Shown here in pieces: positions 25,714 through 38,377 of a DNA stretch of 45,554 nt. The notes under the pieces are model-generated. The model was not told the origin of the DNA. It made no database searches and saw only the letters and a program-made list of their open reading frames with translations. The first letter of the stretch is position 1, and each line of letters opens with the position of its first letter. Origin of the DNA: Nemertoderma westbladi (Eukaryota; Animalia; Xenacoelomorpha); NCBI GenBank assembly GCA_032718475.1, contig JAUCBJ010002255.1, positions 1-45,554 of the forward strand. The letters run 5' to 3'. The position numbers and the translations under genes are program-made.

Positions 25714-27908
25714 TCCTATTGCGTTATTATGTTTAGGTTTTAAAATAAAATCCTTTGCACCCCTTAGTTAAACAATTCTACAAGTCCATTACATCATTAT
25801 ATTTATCTTTATACTCATTGATCAGATAGTGGGAGGGGGGTTGGGCTCTCAACTGGGGAACATCGACGCAAATAACAGTTTATAAAACACAAATTACTCC
25901 TAAAACTGTAACTTGTTGTGTTGATTTTTGTTTATTGTTTTGTTTCGTATAACGTGCGACTGTAACTCGAACCTTTAATTAGCCGTTTATTATGTTGTTA
26001 ATTTGCCGGGTGGGATTTGCGTCTATCCCCCCCCCATCCCCCCCCCACCCCCCCCCCCCCCCCCTGCCTCCCATCCCTTTGTCTATTGTATTGAATATGC
26101 AGTAATTTAAAAGAAAATTCTCATTTATTTTTACATGCAAATCAGTTTTGATATTTTGAATTTTCAGATAAATTATGTTTCGAAATAAAATCTTATAAAA
26201 AGCGAACCCCCATATGTTAAACATGCTGGCGATATCATGAGGAATGGAATGCCAAAACAAAACGATACATTTGTATTTTATTTGTGATATTTCTAAAGAT
26301 GTTTCAGTTTAGTTTTGGCTTCACATAATTACTGTATAAAGCACACACACAAGTGATATTCTACAAAGTTCATTAATGTTCAAATTAAAATACTATTTCT
26401 GATTAGAATAATGTTTATAATACACTTTGCATAGCATATATTGGCGTCTTTGTAGGTTCCTATTCAATATATTTAACGACCGGGTTAGGATACTGGACAA
26501 GTAACATACAGACGGGAATACATGTTCGGAATTTGGAACAAATGGACGATTTACCGGTTACAAAATTTTCCTTGCTCAATTCGCTCGCATTTTTATTTTT
26601 AATTTGCTCTACAATAGTTTGAACAAATTACTCTAAAAAGGCTGATACTAGGCCTACTGCTACTGCAGTGTGTAAGAATATAATTATAAAGTATCAAGTG
26701 TGTAAAAAGAATGAATGCTTTAATAATTTCTTTAATATTGCAATGTTTAGGAATATTAATGAAGTGCGTAGTGGTATCTGGTATCTATACACAGCCTACA
26801 CATTGCGGTGACAACATATAAATTCACCTTACGCTACGCAGGTCACAGTGTACAACAATAACACCACCATTAAATATATCAACTTTTTAATTGTAGGCTC
26901 ATTAATATATTTGGTATCTTCTGCAGTAAGTTCCCAGTAGGGTTTACCATAAAGGAACACAGCAATAATGGTCTGCTGCGGTTGAAATATACAAACACTG
27001 AATATTCATTGTAAGTGATAATGGAATAAAGAATGGCCACGATACGGAAGGTGCGATTTCGCAAAAGAAACTTTTTTAAAACGCGTATTAAAAAAATTGA
27101 AAGGCTAAATCGAAAATTCCGGCTTCATGGGGTCATCGAAGGTGAGTGGAACTAGTAGTGTTTCAAATTTCAAGCAGTATGATACAAGATTTGTAGAAAA
27201 ATCTGGGGGGGGGTCCGTGTCATCAGAAAATGAGACTATATTACGGGTCATGGTGTATATATAATAGGCCATGTGTTGCCTTACTCTGTTAACTAATTTA
27301 GTGTTCTAGAATATTTATTACATACATAAACCAATATTGGATATTGAGTTCCATTAACAAGTTCCACGAAAAATATTATTTTTTACCAATTTTCGCCGGG
27401 AAAAAAAAGTAATATCATTTCAATCCTTTGGGTTACATTTTTTCCCTTGGGAAAAAATGCAATTTTTTCTCCAGATTTTGGGGTATATCCAGGTGAAAAA
27501 GTAACAATTTAAGAAGAAAATAGTTTACTTTTAAAATAGTTTACTTTTCAAATAGTTTAAACGTTTATTTTAATTAAACTTAAGAATTGAATTTGAAAAA
27601 AATATTTAAAGAAGAAGATTTAAAATTAAACCGACTAACATTATATTAATAAAAAAAATAATATTTAACTCAAAATTTAAACCATTAGACGGGGGTAATG
27701 AATGAAAAGGACTACAAGGAAGGTTAACACAATGTTGAGCAATTTATTATGTTAATTAATATGGATGTTAGTTGTTTTTGTTTAATTTTTATTTTATTTT
27801 TGCTGAGCACATACGCACTAGCAAGCTTACGTCGTAGGCTTACTGTACTACTGGTTAATCAGTAGGTGGTAAAGTAGTAGTGCAGCGGTAGTATTAGTAG
27901 CGACTTGC

Positions 27909-28360
27909 GCCCATGTGAAGGATACCAGGATTTCACTTTTCGGTCGACTTTTTATTGGAATTTTATATAGGAAGATTTTTTACTTCTTTTAATTTATCTT
28001 TATTAAGTGTATTATAGCGCTTATTTCTGTCTTATAACATGTACATATACTAATTCGTTTATTGTTTTGGTTAGATTCAGCCCTTCTGTAACCTGTGTTT
28101 TTGGTGAAAACCTGGTATTCTTCACATGGGGGTAACTGCAAAGTGAAATATAATGGCAGAAAATCTGGTATTCTTCACATGGGCCGTGATTCGCGCCATA
28201 GAAAATGCGTTCGATGGCGCCGACGCGCCATCAGCAGATTTCCCAAAAAAACCCGGCCACAAGCAAAATGAAACCCAACTCCGGGTAAAGGTCGACGCAA
28301 GTAGGATAGGTGGCGCGATTGCGAGCAAACATGAACAGTGGCTGATTTGGGCCTATTAAC
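27909..28360. mobile_element. MITE-like repeat remnant
   Basis: GCCCATGTGAAGGATACCAG (27909-27928) has inverted copies at about 28111-28130 and 28165-28184. The same motif recurs near 18998. Confidence 0.5.
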
Positions 28361-28934
28361 TTTATTATTTTGTTCTCATTACAGCAAACTCCAATGGTTC
28401 ATTAAATATTTTTTTCAGTTCTGTAAACTCTCAATAATTTGATTGATGTTAATTTCTCATCCTTAATTGCTTTTATGATGGTCTGAATTTGCAGAAATTA
28501 GAAACTAATAAGATTATTTAAGAAATAATTCAATTATTTAGAGTATTCAGATTTTTTTGCGGTTACTAAAGTAATATAATGAATTGGCCCAAATGGACTA
28601 CCTGAACGTGAAACAGTTTAGGCCTACCTAGTAACCTGAGTTATTCACTTGGTTTACCGATTAAGTTATTACAATGTCCTTTCCCTATAAATTAATGATA
28701 ATTATTATCGTTGATTCACGCGATTAGATTTGAGACAAATAGTTCCCAAATAGTTCCACGCGTCGTGGGTGATTTATTATCCTTTACAATATATTTAATA
28801 CAGAGTATAATTATCCTATCTTATACGGAATTCCAGAATCCAAGCTCCTATGTAGAATAGGTCTTCTACAATAAAAATAGCGATTGAATTGTTTATTTTA
28901 AAATTATATTGCATCATTAATGGTGGGTTTGGTT

Positions 28935-29421
28935 TTACAAATGCAATCGTTTGGTACATTTCTCTAAAGAATATCTCAATAATTTAGTCAAAGCCAATTT
29001 ACTCTGGAATATTTGTTGGCGTTTCATTAAAAGTAATTCGGGGACGGCAGACATTGACATTATCAGAAAATCCGTGGAATTTTCTTTCAACAAATTTACC
29101 AAATTACTTTCCCCTTGTTTTTCCTCTTTGCTGAACTGAAGACAGGACTTTAAACCGTCTTTAACCACCACTCTACTTTTATTCGTTGAGTGGTGGTTGG
29201 TAACCAAAGGAACGAGTATATCTCCTAGCAACCCTGTCCATGGTATGATGTAGTCCCCGGTAGATATTCTAGGTCCGTAGCTGTTTAGTCTCCAGTCTAC
29301 CATCTGCAACCACTCTCGTGTTAGCGAAGTATTTGCCCTGGATGGCCCGAGCTTTCCCATTGTACTTATAGACTTCTCGTACGGTTCACTGCAAACAATC
29401 AAGTCACTCGATTCCAGTTCC
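28935..29421 (-). CDS. Glycosyltransferase exon 2; spliced product about 396 aa
   Basis: Acceptor TTTCAG|G is phase-compatible (SDK-R-ELESSDLIV). It continues GPSRANTSLTREW...IPWTGLLGDILVPL...LTKLLRYSL. Confidence 0.8.
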
Positions 29422-29745
29422 CTGAAACTAATAATAAAATATGCAATGACAATATCGCGAATATAATAAATACATCTGATTTCATCTATTTCAGTTAAAC
29501 TGTATTTCAAAGAAGATTTCAACATTTAAATGAAATGAGCCCCTTATTCCTAAGGTAAATCGTTTCTATTTTTAGGAATAGTTTATTTTTTTGCTCATCT
29601 GTTCATATCCTACTATACAGATAATTCTATATTAGATCAATCTATTGATTTAGCTAATAGAGTGAAATAGAATAAGATTGTATTCGTACGCCGGAGCAAA
29701 GTCATTGAAATTAATTGTTACTAATTTGTTGTGTGTTCGGTTTAC

Positions 29746-30449
29746 CTTTTATCTGACGACCCCAGACTGATTACATCAACATCGGTATACAAGCCGCCAT
29801 AGGCGTTTAGGATAGCCGCTCTGAAGTAGTCAGCCTGATGGGCCGGTCGTAGGTACTCAATGGACCAATGAACGTCCTTCACTAGCGATAAAAACAAATC
29901 CTTATCGACCAATACCACGTTCACGTGATCCAACTGGTGGCAAACTATTAGCAAATAGCAGATGCGTACGAAATCCGGCATATCCCCTCCCTCCCAGTAC
30001 AGCCAATGAAATGGCTTCCCGTTGTGAATGGCCCAGCCTGATTGGTCGGAACCAAAAGGAATTACTTTCAGTTTATTTTTACCCTGGCCTATAGCAGCCA
30101 TCACCGACTGCAGGTCAATCCTGTCGACATTATTAGCTAAGTTGTTCTCTATTTCGTCCAGCCATCTTTCATAGACTTTATTAGACTTCATCGCATATTG
30201 TTTCGATTTATTAATGTTTTTCAAATTCCGTGGTTTAAAACCTCCCGTTTGAATTTCAGGCTTTTCCAATATTGTTGGATATTTTTCTTTAATTCCTTCG
30301 GAGACGGTTTTTATATTATCTTTGTTATTCGAATGCCAATTACGTGCGTTATCCCTCAGAATATTGTGTAGAAATATAAAAACCAAAAAAATTACCAAAG
30401 CAGACCTCCAATACAGTGTTTGTTTAGATTTGTATTTCCTACACTCCAT
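29746..30449 (-). CDS. Type II membrane DXD glycosyltransferase (GT32/capsular polysaccharide synthesis-like), exon 1
   Basis: ATG at 30449 (MECRK), TM segment SALVIFLVFIFL, then WLYWEGGDMPDFVRIC...LRPAHQADYFRAAILNAYGGLYTDVD. Donor AG|GTAAAC, phase 2. Confidence 0.85.
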
Positions 30450-31382
30450 AATTATTATTATAGGGGATGACAATTCGATGGCACCATGACGAACAGTCGT
30501 ATTGGCAATTTTTGCGATTTTGACTTTATTGGGTATTTGAGTTCATAAAAGGTGGAACTATGTTTTGACAAAAGGTCGTATTCATATCTTCAGTATTAAA
30601 CACTGTACAGTAAAAAGCAAACGGCCTTATATCGTATTTCTAAATAATTTTAATTTGACGAAAGGTCGTATAAGAAAAATTTCCCAAAACGTCTGTTCGT
30701 CAAAAAGTTAGTCAATGATTATCTTGTAATACGACCTATTAATGTTTATAAAAATATGAACTAAAATGTAAGAAACCTTACTAATATTGTTATATTGATG
30801 TTATATTTATATTTCAATATGCAATATTAACTAATTTGCCCAAAACAATAGAGTTGAACTTGACAGAAAATTTATGATACATTTATTTTTATGCAAGTGA
30901 CTGGGTACAACACTGCTCATATTGTAAAGTAATAAAGTTATTGTTGGACGTGAAACACAAAACACCAAAGGCAATCCAAACAAAGGCTCCACTCTCGCTC
31001 TCTTGGCTGTTAATATAAGGCAGAGAGGATGCCACACTTACTTCCAATGTTAAATACTCTCATAATACAACACTTTTATTTATCCCCCCACTGTAACTTC
31101 TCTTTCGATTATTGTTGTGTTGGTTAGAATAACCGGTCACAGGAAACTGTTCCTTTCCCTAAATTGAAAATTGACATTGTTGATTCGCCCTCGACCCCCA
31201 CCCCCCCCCCCCCCCCCGCCCCCCGTATAAATGGAAAACAATGAATTGTTTTCTTCTGAATGTAAAATATTTTAAGAATTATAGAGAACAATATTATTTA
31301 ATTACTTTTCCTTCAATGAGTATTGAGTTAATTCATAAGATTAGTATGAGTACTTGTTAAGTTTTACAATATGTTTGTTGAA

Positions 31383-34300
31383 TTAATGATGTGGAAGGGA
31401 AAGATAAAATTGCGAATACACGGCGGGTATCACTGGTGTATTACCAGTACAGAGCGAAACGAGGTCATCATACTTTCCTGTAGCCAATCGTGGAGCTGAA
31501 GAATATGCTTTAGCTATAGCTGGAATAGATTTTTTTTCTCGAATTTTGGGAAGAGTAATGGCATCAAATTCCGGTTGTTGATGCATATTCTTGAAGTAAA
31601 TTTTCTCTGGGTCTACCTTTTTAACCAATATTTGGCACATTGAAGGCCAATTGACATTCACCCCATTGTCACTCTCTCTGGTCTTTAAGATTCCAAGAGA
31701 TCTGGAATACTCCTTGAAATCGTTTATATCATCACTAGTAACTTCTATTACATTATACGGTATATTTCTACTCAACTTAATTACAGGTATAAGCTGTGAT
31801 GGAAGCATAACCTGACCGCAGCGCTTCATGGCCCTCTCCACACAAGCATGGACTGAGTCCCCTTCACATTGACCATGATTTGGCACAGATATAATTAGAT
31901 GAACACTCTCTGCTTTCTTCGAATTCCCTAGGAATTCACGAAACATAGCAGGCAAAATCGAGTTCTTATTCTGGCCGCTGCATCCATCTGCAAACAGTTT
32001 AATGTCTGTCACTCCCCGACCATCTTGGAAATGAAGCCACTTATTAAGAAATGATGAGATTTCATTCGATCCCCGCTGAGCCACTGCTTCATGCCACAAA
32101 TAGCAATGTACCTCTTTTGAAGCCAGATTATATATTGTAAAATTATAATTTGCTAAACGTCTCTTATAAAAGATTTCCGCCCTGTTGGATTTTGGAAGGT
32201 AAATGACCTGTTCAAGGTCAAATGAAGCTGCGGCGATTTGGTTACATTCATCAGCTTTTGCTCTTTTTGTTAAATCCTCTTTTATCTCTCTATATTTCAA
32301 CTTTTCACTAGTGTGCTGCTCGTACTCTTCTTTCAGCTCAGCATTAATCTCACCACCAACAATATTTTGGGTCTTTACAGCACTACGGTGCGTTTCGCAA
32401 AGACCACACAAATTTTTCTTTGGGTGATGGATAGCTAGGTTTTTCGATTGAAAGACGTTAGAATATTTACTAAAGGAAGCAGCAGGATTTCCTGCTCTCT
32501 TTTCTTCAGCTTTATACATTCTGAACATCTTTGGAACAGAAAGATCCTCCGATAAATAATTCTTCTTGGAATCTTTCCTGGTATAATGTGCATCGACCTT
32601 TGGAAATCTATCAATATGCTCACTTGTTCTTGTTTCAAGAAACTCATCTTTCACTTTTAGAGATGCTACTCGACCACCTCGTTTCTCTCCTTCCAAGACA
32701 CCATCTGCAGACAGCTTCTTGATGGTTGTATAAACAAATTTCTCGCTTATATTAAAAGTTTTGAGAAAAAGTTGTTTGCAAACAGAAACGTATTCACCAT
32801 CTTTAAATAGTGTGTAATTAAGAGTTTGTTTCTTTTTCCCCTTTGGTTCACAAAGTGATGTAGATCTAACATGGCGCAATATATATTTACGCTGCTCCTC
32901 TAAACTGCCAAGATCATAAAACGATTCCATAAGATTCTTGCGAACTTCCTCAGTAACTAACCTACAGTCTTTAATTTCCTTGGTGTTGCGAAGGGCGCAG
33001 TTACATCTTGTACCAAGGACACGACGAGAACTAAACTCTTTACGGGACTTCTCGCTCAAATACGGTTGGCCTGAATTCCGATTCTTCTTTACTATCAGTC
33101 TCTTGCACTTTGAGTGCTTTATGCTTACATTAACAACACCATCACCTTCTGGTGGTGCCCCATCCACAATAAAATCTTCAGGTACACATTCTATGTTATC
33201 GTCTCCTTCTTCAAAATTATTACTCTGAGAAGGTGAATCTTGAAAAATATCATAATCCTCAAAAAACTCAGAATCAGACAAATCACTATATTCTGAAGGT
33301 GAGTAATCTTCATCTAAATAGGAGTCATCGCAGTCACTTTCTATGTTCTCATCGAGTCCATACAGAGGTTCTTTATTTCTAGATTTCCTCGCCATAGCAT
33401 TCTCTGGGGGAACTTGGACCATCGCAGCTGCGTCAGGGGGAACATCAACCATCATAGCACTGGCTGGAGGAACATCTACAATAGTAGCTTTGTCCAGGGG
33501 CATATCAAAAACCATACTGTCCAAAGAAAACCCATAAAAATTTGACACATTGATACAACAGTTGTCACACTCACTTTCTATGTTACTATTGACTTCATAT
33601 AGAGGTTCTTTACATAAATATATTGCTTGACTGGGGGGAACATCGAACACTGTAGCTTTTTCTGGGGGAACATCGACAATCGTAGCTATGTCTGCAGGAA
33701 TATCGAACACTGTAACCTTGTCTGGGGGAACATCGACAATCGTAGCTATGTCTGCAGGAACATCGACCATCATAGCTTTGTCTAGGGGAACATCGACAAT
33801 CATAGCTTTGTCTGGGGGAACATCGACCAACATAGCTTTGTCTGCGGGAATATCGAACACTATAGCCTTGTCTGGGGGAACATCGACAATCGTAGCTATG
33901 TCTGCAGGAACATCGACCATCATAGCTTTGTCTAGGGGAACATCGACAATCATAGCTTTGTCTGGGGGAACATCGACCAACATAGCTTTGTCTGCGGGAA
34001 TATCGAACACTGTAGCCTTGTCTGGGGGAACATCAACAATCGTAGCTATGTCTGTAGGAACATCGACCATCATAGCTTTGTCTAGGGGAACATCGACAAT
34101 CATAGCTTTGTCTGGGGGAACATCGACCAACATAGCTTTGTCTGCAGGAATATCGAACACTGTAGCCTTGTCTGGGGGAACATCAACAATCGTAGCTATG
34201 TCTGTAGGAACATCGACCATCATAGCTTTGTCTAGGGGAACATCGACAATCATAGCTTTGTCTGGGGGAACATCGACCAACATAGCTTTGTCTGCGGGAA

Positions 34301-34730
34301 TATCGAACACTGTAGCCTTGTCTGGGGAAACATCGACAATCGTAGCTATGTCTGTAGGAACATCGACCATCATAGCTTTGTCTAGGGGAACATCGACAAT
34401 CATAGCTTTGTCTGGGGGAACATCGACCAACATAGCTTTGTCTGCGGGAATATCGAACACTGTAGCCTTGTCTGGGGAAACATCGACAATCGTAGCTATG
34501 TCTGTAGGAACATCGACAATCGTAGCTATGTCTGCAGGAACATCGACCATCATAGCTTTGTCTAGGGGAACATCGACAATCGTAGCTTTGTCTGGGGGTA
34601 CATCGATCAATATAGCTTTGTCTGGGGGAAGCTCATTCCCCATAATGCTTTCACCCAAACTGTCCAAAATAAACCCATAAAAAATCGACTCATCATCGGA
34701 ATCAAACGATCTATTCCTTGTTGTATCCAT
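31383..34730 (-). CDS. Sola1-type DDD transposase (about 1,115 aa from the ATG at 34730) with an N-terminal repeat expansion
   Basis: VCKQLFLKTF, HYTRKDS..YL, PKKNLCGLC, SFDLEQV...YKRRLANYNFTIY...WHE...RGSNEI, FADGCSGQNKN and HGQCEGDSVHACVE. No stops or frameshifts. Confidence 0.9.
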   Translation of the reverse strand: MDTTRNRSFDSDDESIFYGFILDSLGESIMGNELPPDKAILIDVPPDKATIVDVPLDKAMMVDVPADIATIVDVPTDIATIVDVSPDKATVFDIPADKAMLVDVPPDKAMIVDVPLDKAMMVDVPTDIATIVDVSPDKATVFDIPADKAMLVDVPPDKAMIVDVPLDKAMMVDVPTDIATIVDVPPDKATVFDIPADKAMLVDVPPDKAMIVDVPLDKAMMVDVPTDIATIVDVPPDKATVFDIPADKAMLVDVPPDKAMIVDVPLDKAMMVDVPADIATIVDVPPDKAIVFDIPADKAMLVDVPPDKAMIVDVPLDKAMMVDVPADIATIVDVPPDKVTVFDIPADIATIVDVPPEKATVFDVPPSQAIYLCKEPLYEVNSNIESECDNCCINVSNFYGFSLDSMVFDMPLDKATIVDVPPASAMMVDVPPDAAAMVQVPPENAMARKSRNKEPLYGLDENIESDCDDSYLDEDYSPSEYSDLSDSEFFEDYDIFQDSPSQSNNFEEGDDNIECVPEDFIVDGAPPEGDGVVNVSIKHSKCKRLIVKKNRNSGQPYLSEKSRKEFSSRRVLGTRCNCALRNTKEIKDCRLVTEEVRKNLMESFYDLGSLEEQRKYILRHVRSTSLCEPKGKKKQTLNYTLFKDGEYVSVCKQLFLKTFNISEKFVYTTIKKLSADGVLEGEKRGGRVASLKVKDEFLETRTSEHIDRFPKVDAHYTRKDSKKNYLSEDLSVPKMFRMYKAEEKRAGNPAASFSKYSNVFQSKNLAIHHPKKNLCGLCETHRSAVKTQNIVGGEINAELKEEYEQHTSEKLKYREIKEDLTKRAKADECNQIAAASFDLEQVIYLPKSNRAEIFYKRRLANYNFTIYNLASKEVHCYLWHEAVAQRGSNEISSFLNKWLHFQDGRGVTDIKLFADGCSGQNKNSILPAMFREFLGNSKKAESVHLIISVPNHGQCEGDSVHACVERAMKRCGQVMLPSQLIPVIKLSRNIPYNVIEVTSDDINDFKEYSRSLGILKTRESDNGVNVNWPSMCQILVKKVDPEKIYFKNMHQQPEFDAITLPKIREKKSIPAIAKAYSSAPRLATGKYDDLVSLCTGNTPVIPAVYSQFYLSLPHH
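33630..34630. repeat. Coding 30-bp tandem repeat (about 33 units, VPPDKATIVD-like) with a 150-bp higher-order period
   Basis: The variant TCTAGGGGAA recurs at 33781, 33931, 34081, 34231, 34381 and 34561. Confidence 0.97.
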
Positions 34731-36527
34731 AAGTAGCAGAGTAGTAAATAGGTCTAAGTCAAAAAGTACCGTGAACAAAACATAATAATAATAAGCCTAT
34801 AAACATGACTACCGGTAAAACAACAGAGCAATTTTTAATTCGCTTGACTGAATCGAAAACATTACAGACATAGTCTAATAACAGTAGTGAGAATTCTAAA
34901 CAAGGATGCTAAATAATTAGACAGGAAAAAGTCTGAAAGTAGGGCTAACAATGCGAGCGATTATTGAGCTATAATTTTTTGATCCTAACAAATTTCGTTG
35001 AAATTTCACACAGGATGTTTAGATACCGGTAGCAAAAATAGGGAACTGACAAAACTGATAGTACTGGTATAGCATATTTACTTATGAAAGCCTACTATAG
35101 TGCAGCACCAGAACTGTATCGGTACCTGTCTGCCTGTAGGCCTCAAGGCAACTCTTACTGGTAGCTATTACCATTACCAAAGAAATGAGTCAGAAAAAGT
35201 TTCGCTCTCGTTTTGCTCGGTTCACTTACAAGTTCAACCCTGTATAGGCTCTTTTGGGTTGTAAGTACCGGTACTGCCTGTAGTAAGGTAGACCAATTAA
35301 TAATGATTATCCAAATACAAATACAAAGATTTGAATCTCCCGCTCCTTCATGGAAAAAGCTTGAAGGAAATGGAGCAATAGGGAATAATAAATTAATTGG
35401 TACAGTAGTTGTTCACAATGAAGAAACAAGTTTTAAGGAAGGATTAAAGGTCTTAGACCCAGTAATACACATGAGAACAAATAATCGTTTCTAATTTTAG
35501 CAAAACTATAATTAATTATATTCAGAATTACAATGGAGGACCTTATTGCTCCATTGTGAACCGGGCTTATGCTATAAGTAAAAATATACTACTTGACATA
35601 TTTTGGCAAAAGCCCTTGATATTTTTTTGACGAAACGGCGTATTTCAAATATGGCGTCATTACATGACGTCATACTATTTAAATAAAAAAAAATCATTTT
35701 TTTCTGAAAGCCCTCATCAAAATTGTTGTTACAATGAAATATGAAGCGGTTTTATAAAGTTGATTGCAAGTTATGCATAATTTAAAAACTAAAAATTTTC
35801 AAACGCCATTTTCTCAAAATCATCAAAACATGAATACGACTGTTCGTCATGGTGCCATCGAATTAATTGTCAATAACTTTATTACAACTAAGATAGTGGG
35901 TAGGCCTACTATCCTATTGATAATTATTGAGTAAGGTTATAATTCATTATTATCTAATGCTCGCTATTTTAAGTGGATAAAATAATACAGAGATGCAATA
36001 GGGTTTATGCTTTGTTAGCCAATTAGAATGGATACATCATGCAACAATTATTTTATGAATAGAGTGAGGGCCATATTACAATTATAATTACGGTACAATG
36101 GTTTTGATATAATTGGCCTTCTAAGCCGATTGCGTGAGTTTGACGGTTTAACTAAGTGCTTTCAATATACGTCATGTATTAGGTTCATTGGAATCTATTA
36201 TTCTTAGAAAGTAGGCCCTTCTGTGTAAGTATAGGTTTTGGCTCGTTGCTAGTCACCTTCAATGTTTCTTTTTAAATATAAGTTAATCCTTAAAACAAGC
36301 TACAGTATAACTAGATAATTAAGGGTATCAGTAACAACAATATAGGTAATAATAATGGATGAAATTAATGTCTTAATGTTATGAACAACGTCGCCTATTT
36401 GATATGAGTATTATTTGTAGGTAATGTGTTAAACCTACTTTATCATCATAGTTAGATATCATTTGGAGCATAAAATTAACTTATATTTTAAATAAGCCAA
36501 TAATAATATCGCGTTATAATTTTATAG

Positions 36528-37684
36528 AACGGAGGGAGCGAATACGACGGGTGTTTGCTACCGACGATTTAAGTGACGAGTCTGAAGTGTCGACACCTAT
36601 GATGTCGGATTCTGAGTCGGAATCAGGTTGGTATCCTGCTGATGTGCTTTTTAAGACTTCTATGACTGTACTACTAACTGTAGTCTGTAGTCTTAGTGCT
36701 TCGATCATGGACCAGTGTGGGTCCATTCATTCCGAACCTCCCACACACTATAGACGATATTGAAGACAAAGAAATCGATTGTTGCTAAGTTTCAACCAAT
36801 ATTCAAACGAATTGACAACAGTTAGTAGGCCAGCGTTAACTAACTCGTTCAATTGCAGGTTCGTTCAAAGCCAGTTTGGCATTATAGTACTGGTATTAGA
36901 ACACCCAAGTAATTTTTTGTCACAAACGCAAAACGCAATTTTCTATTAGCAAACATACTGCCTATTCCAATACGCCCCATTACCATTTTTTATTTTATAT
37001 TCTTATTTATTAATTTCACAGAAGCTGAAGAAGATATTGAGGAAATGGGACAACATTCCGACGATGAAATTAAACCAGATCAAACAGAAGATGGACCAAT
37101 GGGAGAAAATATTGCCCAAATAGAGGAAGAGACAGAAAAAGGTTAATAGAGTACAATAATTATTAATCGAATATAAATCCATTATGTAAAGAATCGCAGT
37201 ACGGCGTCTGGTAGTATAATTTATTACTCTGATGAAATTTACAGTATTTCTTTATACCGTAATTTCTATTCGTAAATTCTATTACGGTTTAATTTTCAAA
37301 TGACTGCGTGTGTGAAGGAATCTATAATGTGTGTCGGATTCCATTAAATAATGTTTAAGGGTTTTGGTAAAAACCTGATGTTGGGGGTTAACTGGAAAGT
37401 ACAGTATGTAATATAACAGCTGAAAGACTTTACATGGGCGAGATATAAAGCTAAAAGTAAATGATAACCTTTTCTGACAGATGAGGCACCAGCCGATAAT
37501 TTAGAAAGAGACAGCATCATAGAGGAAGTATCCACTCTCAGTATGGAAGTGGGTACAATATCTCCTGTGTTTACTGACAGTTCAGTTGAAGCTTCAACAG
37601 AACGAAGTTACAAAGAAGAAGTCGTGGTGGACAGTGGAAGAGAGAGTATACACAAATCGGGTGACAAGGATGTGGATGAAAATG
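36528..37684 (+). CDS. Internal exons of an unannotated highly acidic protein (36528-36626, 37022-37141, 37481-37684)
   Basis: Three AG...GT-bounded, stop-free exons of 99, 120 and 204 bp, all phase 1-1, encoding D/E/S-rich sequence. First and last exons are not resolved. Confidence 0.6.
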
Positions 37685-38377
37685 GTGAGTGCTGCCCTAC
37701 CCTACAAGTATGCGTTTGTTAATTAATAGTTAGTCTTACAATTTAATTATTAACCTTTTTTGTGTGGAAAATGTAAATAAAATTTTTCATTTCTTTACAA
37801 TAATGTAATCTTCAAGGTAGGAGTGATAGTGCCATTGAATACGATTTTGGTTACCATTTCATCACCTTCAGCACAGCAGTGAAGAAACAACTGAAATAGT
37901 ATTCCTTATTGCCGTTTCCGTATTCCAGTATTCTTCTCAAAAGGGTATTTTTTATGATTCTTATATTTTTAAGTACGCAATATTTGTTAATAATCTAGTA
38001 ATATTATTTATAAGAAATATCCATGCTAGTTATCGTTTCAGGTAAAAATCGTCATGTAATGTTATTAGGTAGACTGTTTTGTTTATTTACATAATTAGAT
38101 TGTTACAAGATTGTTTACTAGATTATTCATTTACAATACTACTAGATTGTTTATTTACATAAAACGGAAAGGTGAAGCAATGTTTCAATTTTGTATAAAT
38201 TAGCAATAATGTAAATTAAATAGAAGAAAAAATAAGACACATGGTACAATTAATTATATAATTGGTATAACAACTAAATAACTGCTTGCGAGTCTCAATC
38301 AAATCATTTTTCTCATCTTCGTAATATGTTTACTCCCCCATCCTGCGCAGGTAAGGTTCCATAACCAATCAGGTAAG

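Larger units (their letters stand above)
30476..35860 (-). mobile_element. Full-length Sola1-type DNA transposon (5,385 bp)
   Basis: Perfect 28-bp TIRs CGATGGCACCATGACGAACAGTCGTATT (30476-30503 and 35833-35860), 4-bp TSD AATT (30472-30475 and 35861-35864), subterminal AAAGGTCGTAT repeats and an internal transposase. Confidence 0.92.

Noticed and set aside
33688-34680. 330-aa plus-strand ORF (ALSGGTSTII repeats)
   Set aside because: Antisense shadow of the transposase 30-bp repeat.
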